Program-made: the position numbers and the translations under genes | The notes under the pieces: model-generated | What the model saw: the letters and a program-made list of their open reading frames with translations, nothing else | What the model was told of the DNA's origin: nothing | The model's database searches: none | NCBI GenBank assembly: GCA_965644295.1 | Contig: CBFFRP010000454.1 | Coordinates: forward strand, 1-64,000 | DNA length: 64,000 nt | From: Paraphysomonas bandaiensis | Taxonomy: Eukaryota; Protista; Chrysophyceae | Direction of reading: 5' to 3' | Shown here: in pieces, positions 1-11,500 of the stretch | Position numbering within the stretch: the first letter of the stretch is position 1 | Layout of the letters: each line of letters begins with the position of its first letter

Positions 1-41
1 ATACATACATACATACATACATACATACATACATACATACA

Positions 42-72
<31 letters not shown>

Positions 73-442
73 CATACATACATACATACATACATACATA
101 CATACATACATACATACATACATACATACATACATACATACATACATACATACATACATACATACATACATACATACATACATACATACATACATACATA
201 CATACATACATACATACATACATACATACATACATACATACATACATACATACATACATACATACATACATACATACATACATACATACATACATACATA
301 CATACATACATACATACATACATACATACATACATACATACATACATACATACATACATACATACATACATACATACATACATACATACATACATACATA
401 CATACATACATACATACATACATACATACATACATACATACA

Positions 443-470
<28 letters not shown>
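1..470. repeat. (TACA)n tetranucleotide microsatellite, truncated by the window start
   Basis: Near-perfect ATAC/TACA repeats ending ~80 bp upstream of the ATG at 552. Confidence 0.99.
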
Positions 471-473
<3 letters not shown>

Positions 474-551
474 GCATCCTCAGGTGTTGTGTATGCATAT
501 ATTTGTGTGTATATTGCTATAGTCATTTGACCTTATCAGTAATAAACAAGT

Positions 552-1287
552 ATGAGTTCAAATGATCCTGAATGGTAAGTCAATGTCTGTGTGTATCCCT
601 ATAGCCTCATACGCCTCTCTCTCTATATATATATATATGTATAACACTCATGTATGAATCATCAGGCTTGAAGAGGGAGAGCCCACTAAAGCTCACCCAT
701 CCGATCAATCCGATGAAGTCTTATCCTCCAACACTAACAAGACAAACCCTAATGATCCCCCTTATAAAGCGTATGTAAAGTCTGCCTTTAGTTTCTTTTT
801 TTTGGGTGGTGCATTCATGATGGCGTGTACGGGTGCACTCGGTATCGGTACTGCTAATGGAGCGGAAGACACTGGTACTGTGTTTGTTGGCCTTTATTTA
901 TTAATGTTTGCCGCTATGCTCTTTATATTTGAATTGGTTTTATTGAAGCCAATTACAAGTATTGAAATGTTTTTCAAGAAAAACTTCGGGTTTTTGTATG
1001 GGCCAATTGGAAAATCAATATTCCTAATCTTGTAAGCTGAGGAATGTATGTTGTATTGTGTGTGTAATATATATTTGTAGTATTGGGATTTTGTCGTTCG
1101 GGTTGGAGTCTCCCAGGCCTCTAGCTATTGGAACGGGGTGTGTTATGGTATTCTTAGCGACTGCTGTGTTGGTGGTAAATGGCAAGGTAAGCGTCCGGTA
1201 TGACAGTAGTGTCTGTCGAGGAACTAATTTTTATTTTATTTTCAGTGGCCGGAGTACTTCGATAAGCATGAGAAGTATCACCCATGA
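552..1287 (+). CDS. COPI-associated / TVP15-like small Golgi membrane protein (4 exons)
   Basis: Manual splice: 552-574, 666-1031, 1081-1186, ~1245-1287 with GT-AG introns. Several hydrophobic helices and the motif FFKKNFGFLYGPIGKSIFLIFIG, typical of the COPI-associated family. Ends WPEYFDKHEKYHP*. Confidence 0.75.
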
Positions 1288-2095
1288 CCTCACGTGGGTT
1301 CTACTGATGGCCAATGATACCTCATGCACCTGATCTTGTCAAACAACAAGTATTCGGCAATGAGTATTCACGATAGCTTATGGTGCTTTATTAATGCTAC
1401 TAATATGAAATTACGTTATGAATATATCCTTTATTACGGTGTCGCGCTTTGAGTTCAATATGAGAGCCCGCGTCCGTATGTAGTAGCACTAAATTGAACA
1501 ATATACTTCTGAGTACTTGACCTCTACTACCAAGCTACCAAGTGCATCATGTATAACGATAATGAGATAGATATGCCATCAGGCAAACTATCATATTTGG
1601 GGCGTATTTCTCAACCTAGTTGAATTATCTCATTACACTAATTTTGGGGTAACTACGCATTCAAGTGAACGATTCAATTTCGTGCTTTTGATATCTTCGT
1701 TATTATCAATTATCAATTAGCTAACATATATCTTGTACTATTGTACTACTATTAATATAGCATGCTCAGAATACTTTTGGACGATGACATGTAAAGCTCA
1801 AAATACTTTTGTAGTTTCATGCTCTTCAAAATTGACATCAAAATGGCAAGCATGAAACAGTGAGCTTATTACTAATATAACCAAATTTTGATTGAATAAT
1901 TTCTATATTTGTACCTGATTTCCTACAAGAGGATAAATTTTGTTTTAATTTCGCAGTGTCGATTAAAAGTCATTTATTAGCAATAAGTGTTAAGAATTAT
2001 CACCAGCTTAGTAGCTAGATGAAAACTAGTCAAGCTAGATAGATGTCTACCTGTAACTAACTAGTACAAACGGGGATTAAGTTCTAAACATAGCC

Positions 2096-2197
2096 GTGAA
2101 TGTCTTATTATTAGCAGTAGACGTTTAACTGCAACTCTAATTTAGCACTGCAACTCTAGTATCCTACTCTATTTAACGCTACGGAAGCTGCTTGTGC
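2096..2197 (+). repeat. Dispersed repeat, copy A (related to 22650-22770)
   Basis: Shares AATGTCTTATTATTAGCA ... CTATTTA.CGC ... AAGCTGCTTGTGC with 22650-22770. Confidence 0.7.
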
Positions 2198-3057
2198 GTC
2201 GCCGCAAGCTCCTAGTGTAACTATTTTTGCTCTATCACTCAAACCAAACGCCGTGAGCAAGCAGAATGTTGATATGCATGACATCTGTTGACTTCAGGAT
2301 TTTGTGTCCTTAAGGTCAACATCCCGGATGCTTGACTTCAGCTGGGCAGCCCTATACCCCGGTTACCCTTCAGGTGAACCCATTCCCGGATGCCTGTTTA
2401 TTGGTCAAGGCCCAAAAACGTCTACACAAGTGACACTTATTGGCTTATTGGTGTCCCTTGTACCACACAAGCATTCGGCTATGAGTGGGCAGAAGAATAT
2501 CTGCTGTCTATATTATTTGCGGCTCACGTTAGTTTCTCAGAAAGAATCTCCCCGGTACTTATCCCCCAGGACACCACGAAAAGGTGCGAGTCCGACATTA
2601 TTGGAATTATGCAGTATATATATAGTATATATATACATATATTAAAGAAACATATGACACCATAGACTAATCGTAATGCAATTTGTACTTCAGCGTTGAA
2701 GTTATATACACTAGAAACGCATAGAGTTAGAGGTAAAAATCGATCAACTTTTTCCTTCTTATTACGGCAGTAATATAGAGATATAGAGAGCCGCATATCT
2801 TTGATACTTGATACATTCAGCCTACTATTATTCCAATGTCTCTGCTGTACTCATTTGCAATACATGGTACAATGGTTACGTGAAATAATGATAATACTAC
2901 TTCATGATGTGCTCAATATAGTATTAATGTCGAAGTCATAATTAAAAATGATATATTCTGCCAAATTATTATAAAACTCCACTAAAATGTGCACACAAGA
3001 TAGTACACAGAAGTTACGAAACATGTAATCAAAACTTCATTTCTTCCATCGAGCATA

Positions 3058-5636
3058 CTAGCGCTGAACATCACTCCAATTTTCGTAATAATATAGAATA
3101 ACACCAACCGGTTGACCTGAACAGTATCAGTTAAATACTAAGCACATATTCGTTATAGAAACGTACCAATCATACAAAAGGTAAGCCAGAAAAAGACATT
3201 TCCTATAATTTGGTTATTGAAAGCTGCATTGACCTTCCGTGTAACAGTGACTAGGGGCGCCTGCATGAGCATTCCCAGGAATGCGTGACAAGATATCCTC
3301 CTGAACGGGATCGATATGATGAGCTCATGAAAAGCGGCAGAGAAGAAAAACGCTGCGTAGACTGCTATCTGCTTAGACGCACCCTGTCTTAAAAGGGGAT
3401 AGTAAAGATGTCTGCACATCCAATGGTGTACAGGGAGATTCCATGTACGCCAGTACTCGTCAATAGTGCGCGCATTCCACCAGTCCTTATAAAACTCTCT
3501 GTCACCAAAACGTGTGATCTCAGCGAGCAGGTTGAGCCAGAGGTGGAAGAAAAGATAAAATCCCAGTAGCCAGACATATGTATTGGGAATCATAATATGG
3601 ACCAGTCTCTGAATCACACTGAGGATATCCAGGTCATGCATTGGCTGCATTGCCGCCTCTAGCGCAGGAGTCATGTGTTGGTTGACAACAAATAAAATCA
3701 TTCCAGAAGTAATGACAATACGCATCAGGAGTGTAAGAAGGTATCGCCAACGAATACATGGGGAACGAGGATAGTTCAACTGATAGCACAGTGTAGGAGC
3801 CACGCAAAAATAGAGCAAATTTGGAATCGTCAAGTTTTGAGGATATGTTACCACGGGACCAGTGATATCCTGCATCTCTGCATGAATATTGACTAAAGGC
3901 TTTGCGTTATTGTCTGCTGCCGAGGGATCGCTCTGTATTCTGTCGGCGGCCTTAGCCTCCCGGTGGGCGATACGAACATCCCTACATAATTACATATTAA
4001 TACTGCAAGCACTATCAGTGTACTGCAAATTCCAACAAAGGAATAAAGACATGACATCAACATCTCACAGCACTTTCATAATGACATACCTATTGCAGTG
4101 GGCGTAGGATATCATTTTCATCCACAATATGACAGACTGCATTAGGTACAGCATGCACAGAGCCGGGTGAGACTTGCTGAACCATACCCACAGGCAAGAC
4201 CCGCAGATGTTTCCAAGAGATAAAAGGAACTGAACCACGAAGGCGGTTCTGTCTGAAAAAAATCCTTTCTGTGCCAATTTCTGAATTCACATATATCAGA
4301 ACGAACGTACCAAGAGGAAGAGGAGGAATAAAACTTACCTCTACACCAAATGTCAGAAGTAGAATCAGACCCCACGTGGCAACCACCAACAGGGGTTGGG
4401 GTAAGGCCCACCCCCCTGTCGCAGCTGGGGTATCTCTGGACGTGAAGTACGACATATAGAGGCCGTACTCTACAATGTTATCAAATATGACCCGGAAGTG
4501 AGAGACGAAGAGAATAATTACGCCAAGATTGAAAAACCCTCGATAATTCTGTTGCTTAGCATTAATGGAGAGAGGAGACGGCTGACTTCGAACATGGATG
4601 GATTTAGAGGCGGAGAACGACTTCCCTGTAGGGCGGGACTTCTTGTCCTTGGTTGCGGGCTTATAAACATTGCTGGTAGGCTTGCGGAGGGAGGATAGAG
4701 TGGGGTCATCTCGGTTTTGGAGATTCTACACATTCGTATAATAATATGATGAGTTACAATGAATAATATATTTCGGAACTATTACAGCAGGGCATATATA
4801 TCATTGGCACTTTATACAGAGAATGACGAAAGCAAATGCACCTGCAACACTCTGTTAGAGGACTGCACCCTAGCCAGGACTGGTGGTGGCATACTAGGGC
4901 TTCCAGGACCATCTATATCATATCCTATGTTAGAATCTGACATACTGGTAGATAAATGATTCGACGGCGCTTTTCCAAATCCCCCTGTCTTCTTCGGATG
5001 TGCCCCACAGGCCTTGTCAAGCATGGTTATCCACTGTTGTGCCTCCGCCTCATTATCTGACGATAGCCTCAGTAACGCACCACTTTGAGGTCCTCTAGAT
5101 ATATCAATTGCACTCTTGAGGCACACACTAAATATGTGATGCTTTCCATTCTTCGTGATGCCCTCATCTAATACAATACAGTCACTCAAGTCAATAGTTT
5201 TACGAGGATGACGATCGTTTTCATCCCCAAAATAACTTAACACTGATCCTTGTAATACAAAATAACGTAATCCCCAATTCGATGCAAACGAGATCATTCG
5301 ATCTCTCCATTTAAACAGATGACCCCTTCTGATAATGCCATTCGTGACATCATTCAATTCCTCACTTAAAGAATGAATCGCATTCTCAAGACGAGCATTC
5401 TGTTTTAGAAGAATATTTATATTATCATCTGCACTGTCTGTTTGGTTCGTAGATGTTGATATATGATGAGAGTCAGGTGTGTGTGTATGTGTAGCTGATA
5501 GACGGTCTAATTCACTGTACAGAGCACAGATCTCATCCGAAGCAGTGTCGCCTAGACGGGTCTGAAGGGTGTTGACCACTTGACGAAGGGATGTGATACT
5601 GCTATCTATTGTGGACGCACTTGTTTCGGAACTCAT
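3058..5636 (-). CDS. DGAT1: Diacylglycerol O-acyltransferase 1 (MBOAT family) with N-terminal PH domain, multi-exon
   Basis: Exon 1 encodes a PH domain (IRRGHLFKW...WGLRYFVLQGSVLSYF...EAQQWITML). It splices in frame to DGAT1 motifs SIHVRSQPSPLS, QNYRGFFNLGVIILLVSHFR, APTLCYQLNYPRS, FGDREFYKDWWNA, WNLPVHHW and FSAAFHE. The last exon ends GQPVGVILYYYENWSDVQR*. Confidence 0.95.
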
Positions 5637-5669
5637 TGCAGTAAACTATGAAAGAATTAATAGAACAAT

Positions 5670-6433
5670 CATACATACATACATACATACATACATACAT
5701 ACATACATACATACATACATACATACATACATACATACATACATACATACATACATACATACATACATACATACATACATACATACATACATACATACAT
5801 ACATACATACATACATACATACATACATACATACATACATACATACATACATACATACATACATACATACATACATACATACATACATACATACATACAT
5901 ACATACATACATACATACATACATACATACATACATACATACATACATACATACATACATACATACATACATACATACATACATACATACATACATACAT
6001 ACATACATACATACATACATACATACATACATACATACATACATACATACATACATACATACATACATACATACATACATACATACATACATACATACAT
6101 ACATACATACATACATACATACATACATACATACATACATACATACATACATACATACATACATACATACATACATACATACATACATACATACATACAT
6201 ACATACATACATACATACATACATACATACATACATACATACATACATACATACATACATACATACATACATACATACATACATACATACAAACATACAT
6301 ACATACATACATACATACATACATACATACATACATACATACATACATACATACATACATACATACATACATACATACATACATACATACATACATACAT
6401 ACAAACATACATGCATACATACATACATACATA
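5670..6433. repeat. (TACA)n microsatellite, ~760 bp, in a divergent promoter
   Basis: Near-perfect array starting ~33 bp upstream of the DGAT1 ATG and ending ~275 bp before the ATG at 6709. Confidence 0.99.
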
Positions 6434-6708
6434 TACAGTGTATTCTGTGTATTTCTTTAGATATAACGGTTTCATAGGGTATGGTTTTTGTGTAGTGGGT
6501 TGTGTATGTATGTGTGTATATGAATGTATATGTATGTATGTGTCTTCATTCAAGTGGATTATGTGCTTATGGAGAGGTTGTTATATATGCTTATCGTGTA
6601 GTTGATAGAGAGGTGGAGCATATATATATATCTGATATCAACTAAAGAGATTCATACATCATCACAGTAGAGCTAAGTTGCTATTCCTACATTGAGTTAC
6701 ACTATACA

Positions 6709-7244
6709 ATGAATAAGGCGGCGTTAATAACTGTTGGAAAGAAATTCCATGAAGACAGTATGTTTTTATTGAGTGTGTTTGATCTCGAACCATCTGGGGT
6801 CATTATACATGCATATAATCAAACTGACAGTAAAGAATACAGTCTTCCAGTGACAGAGATGGAGGTAATCTATACAGATATGTATGCTGAGGTTTTACTG
6901 TGTTGTTGTTTGTTTAGTTGGGAGAGTCTGGCTTCTCTAGAAATCCTCAGAGTCTTGCTGAAATGCTAGATACTATTTACCTCGTTGATCAAGGGTCTAC
7001 TTGGGCGCTTCAGTCTACGAACCCAAAGATTCGCAACCGACCCCCACGTCCAAGTGGGGAAGAGCTGGAAGCTATGATCAGGAAGAGTACAGCCGGTATG
7101 CCTTCTATTCACGATACTTTGGTTGAAGGCCTTGTTGAGCTTTGTAAGGTTAAACCTTCTGGTAACGATGCCGTACAGTGGCTGGGTGAATGGTTAATAT
7201 CGCATAATCCCAATAAGCCCCGGGTTGAAGTGCCTGATGAATAA
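6709..7244 (+). CDS. Small protein with C-terminal Dpy-30-like dimerisation motif (2 exons), possibly axonemal
   Basis: A 53-nt intron (6865-6917) joins the two ORFs. The C-terminus SIHDTLVEGLVELCKVKP...AVQWLGEWLISHNPNKP resembles the Dpy-30/NME5-type motif. Confidence 0.75.
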
Positions 7245-8320
7245 GCTATATTTGATGTGTGCCAAGGAGTTTGTAAAGTTATATTGATTCTTCCCAACTA
7301 GTACTATTCACACTTTCAAATGTTGTCATCCGAATAATAATCGTCATAGTTTGTTTTTGATTTGTAATTTACATTCAATGCAATTTCTTTCCAGTCACAA
7401 TATGTGACATTTGGCATTGTACTGCATGAACCACCCAGTCTCTGATCGAGAGAATCGCTCTGTAATGTATACACTCACTGTATCTTTTGAACAATATGTC
7501 AAGTGCTAAAAATAATTATTTTCGCACGATATCTGAAATAGGATACCCGAAACTGACAATTGGGTGGTGACTGATCTTTGAACTTACTCGACAAGACAGC
7601 TTCTAATTGCTAACAATAAAGCAAAACTCAACATAGGAACCATGCATTTTGCAAAACTCAACATTTTGTTTATATACAGTACTAAATCAGTAGTCAATGA
7701 ACAGAACTACCTTTGCAGTTAAAATTGTATTTCATGCAAAATACTTTTATATTTGGAATCTAACATAGAGCATAGAGTAAATATATCCATCATCCATCCA
7801 ATTGGAAAGAAAGGTACTAGAATTTAGAATTAGTAAGTGTTGCGTCATCACTTCGCAAAATTTAGGACTATACGTATTTAATCCTAGGGTGTGTGGGTTA
7901 GGAGCATGATCTGTACTAGCCCGTGCGGTTTATCAGCAGATAAATCAGTTTATTCGAAAGAAGACCACATCAGCCATGAACATCTACTACAAAAAATACG
8001 CATCTAACAACGTATTAGATATATTTATTAAATAAACTTGCATGCAACACTTAGCCGTTGATATCAGGTCATACGTCGATCATTTTAGGGCACACGTGTG
8101 CACATCATTGCAACGCGCCATACACAAAGAATACTGTAACAAAACACAAAGGAATGGCACAATAATAGCACTGCTCGTAGTTTACAAAGTATGTAGTGCA
8201 TATTGCTGTATCTACCAATAATAAAATGAAGTTAGTGTAGCAAGCAAGCTAGCTAGCTAGCAATAATCGGGATATTGTCCTAAGTTTTGGCATGTGGCCA
8301 TTCTCACTAGAGCTTAGTCT

Positions 8321-9480
8321 CTAGTTACTTCCTGAGAATCCATCATCTGTAGCACTTTCGTCTGTGACGGCAGGAGAAGGAGCAGGATGCGCCACAATAG
8401 CCGCAGACTGAAGCGTGTGTCGAGAACCCCGGCGGCGTTTTTTTTCCTTAGGCTGACTTGGACCTATTGCTGAAACACTTGAAGTAGGAGGATAAACCGC
8501 ACTTGGATTAGTGGGTATGCCAGTGGGGTGTCTCATGTCATTCCACGGCTGCTGCGCCATAGAAGGAATTCCCACTGAGAAAAGGCCTCCTACGGCCTGA
8601 TGTTGAGCTGATGATGCAGAGTCTCCTACTCTTGACCATCCCGGGTAAAGAGGGGGAGGGGCAGATGCCACGCTGTGTTGTTGATGATGCACCTGCGGTT
8701 GCGAATAAAAACTGTTAAACCCACTATCTGGTTGCAGAAAAGGCATGAAGGTATAAGGAACGTAGCGTTGGAGAGTGTCTGCTATCCGCTCGTATTCATG
8801 ACGCTTCAATATATCTCTGTGCTCAAAGTCAGGAAGCTGTTCATGAAGTTTATTTCCATAATCAGCAGTTGAGGCGACCAACCCTCGCTGTAGTAAGCAT
8901 TCTAAGAAGTTAAGAGTTACAACAACGAAGTAATTAAAATATGAATATTCCTACCATAATTCCCTTTGGACACAATCTCTTCTAGGTTTGTAGGAGAGTC
9001 TAAAAATATGAGGGCATATTCGCACAACCAGAGTGCGTCGATCTCATTTTTCACATTTCGACTAAATTTTCGATTTTTTATAACATTAGAACCAGCACTA
9101 ATTTGTACTCTGTAAGAATCGACAGTGGTTTTAGATATATATTTCGCGTGAATCTGTTTTGGAGGTAATCTAGTATTAGCCAGAGGGGTCTGAACGGTCT
9201 GCTCTACACATGAGTCTATTTTATGATTTAACAGCTGTACCATCAGAGGGACAGGGCCGAGTGTAGCATCCACATCAGTTCTATTCTGACACATTGTTAT
9301 AAGACGTGTATTATCTGTATCCTTTACAGCAACAAGAGCGACTCTATTGGACGGAAGTAGTATAGGTTTAACTTGCAATATACCACTATCAGAGTTATTC
9401 TCATGTACTGATACTGATGTGGAACGCTCTTGTTCACCATCATGATCAGTTGAATTCATTCCCTGATACTCTTGTATCAT
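8321..9480 (-). CDS. Hypothetical protein, possible transcription factor (AP2-like segment, Q/P/S-rich tail, basic NLS-like patch), 2 exons
   Basis: An intron at ~8903-8955 joins ORFs 8917-9480 and 8321-8881 in frame (SKGNY/ECLLQRGLVAS). KEKKRRRGSR lies near the C-terminus. Confidence 0.65.
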
Positions 9481-11500
9481 CAGTCCATTAGATTGATAAC
9501 AATTATTATAATAATATGATTAGAGTCTCATCTCATGGATTGTTAGTACCACACAACTTGCCTTTAATCAATTTGAATGATTCCAATCCCTTCAACCCGA
9601 CGAAAAAGCCTTGAAGTTGAAGACAAACTGAAAATATGACGACTATCCATGCTATCTTATTGAATACTCTAAGGGATGGGAGTAAAACCCTTCAAGTGAA
9701 GAAAAATAAAGGATTTATTGATGAAAAAGATGGGTAATTGGAGAATATAATTGTCATGGAAATTGAAAATAGGGGGTTTTGTATGTTTTTGTTGCAGTAA
9801 TAATTTCACACAAATACAGCACAGAAGGGAGTAATGAAAATTTCTACGTACCAAAAGAAACTCTTCCTAGATTTCCACGTATGTATCCTGACTCGGAATC
9901 CGACGTACATCTGTACATACAACTGTATTTGTGTACCAACCACAACAATACTACTAGTATTTTATACTAGTATGATAATGCCGTACGATGTATTGTATGA
10001 TGGAGGTGTACCACAACATTGTGTACTGGTGTATGTATGACAGTACCGCATGATGGAGCTGTGGATGTACTGCTGTATGTATATATATACACGTACACAG
10101 CTGTTACGGAGTCACTGCAAGCTTCTAACTGCTTCTCAAACTAGCAGGAGAGCACAATGCTACTATCCGCAACTTATACATAGTCATCTATCTGCTGCTG
10201 TATGATACATACATACATATAACTCATCACTGTATATGTATACATACACCACAGAGGGCTTGCAGCATATCTAGTAGCCATATATGGATATGGAGATACA
10301 TATGAATGAAACATATGGAGCCCTTCAGTTGATATGTCTCAATATATGATATAAACAGAGCAGCAGATGCCTATAGCGCTATATGTGACTGCAGTATCCC
10401 TCTATGAAAGGACCTGCCCCGCTATCATATGGAGAGAGCAGATTACTCGGAGCAGAAGGTACTCTACGATTTCAACAGAACTATAGGGTTAGGGTTAGGG
10501 CCAAGCTAAACAATATGAAAAATAGAGCATCGATTACAGGAAATAGGAAACTGAGTATTACATTCATAGACTGGACGACAAAGCGTATTTTAGTGCTATA
10601 CTATATCAAGATAGACTACGTGACTACGTAATGTATGTACGAGTTCTTCACTACGTCGTTGAGTAGTTATTCACTTATTTGTAAAGGCTTTAGTGATCAA
10701 TATTCAGCTGAATACAAGTCGACTCAATTTAATGTAACTAAATTCTATGTGAAATACAGCTACGAGCTACGACTTAATTTAACAGCAAAAATTACTCCAG
10801 TATGTTTCATAGTCAGATATATATAGATGACGACACGATAATGCCACTTTTTACTATGGACACTATGGAGACCACGTCGTCCTGTTCTCAATAATTAAAT
10901 GTCCAAGTTTTAAAATCTTGACAAGGGACGATACTCCTTATCTCAAGGTTGAATTGTAGTTTCGATGTAAATGCTACTTTTAGTAAAATCGAAAGTTTAT
11001 AGACGTCATTTCGTGGTTGGATATTGTCCACAGGATTGATATGAGCCATACTATCCCGGTGGTAATAAGAGTTGTCTTTTGACCTATCGGTCAAAGCACA
11101 TATTTCTGAGAGTAAAAGGCGATGAAATATTTTCAACTTCATGTTACCGAAAATGATATTACTTACAGTTCCTACATCAAAATATCCCATTTTCAAGATA
11201 TATCGAAATGGGTTTGTGATGCGAGATGCTACTACAAAGAGTCCTGATAAGGATTTTAGTGCCTTACAGAAATACAACAACTCACAGCTATATATATTCC
11301 ACGTCAGCAGCATGAACCATGTCTAGTCTACATGGCTGCTAATTTAATAATCACTATAAAGGGTATCTTTACGTATAATAGCTACTGTCGTGAAATATAT
11401 AAATAGCTCGACACACAAGAAACAACGATATGTTGGTAGAAACATCGACGATAATTATATCGTGTGTACACAAAAAAACTACCGAGATTCCATGAAGTTA

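Noticed and set aside
2304-2796. Overlapping short ORFs in the spacer before the DGAT1 3' end
   Set aside because: No recognisable domain. They may be a decayed coding fragment, but this cannot be supported.
42-6553. Long MYVC / HTYI repeat ORFs (also at 37960-38278 and 45961-46302)
   Set aside because: Artefacts of translating a stop-free tetranucleotide microsatellite. They are open in nearly every frame, with no evidence of coding.
10888-11326. 141-aa and 61-aa ORFs downstream of the HECT gene
   Set aside because: AT-rich, no recognisable motif and no convincing splice model.
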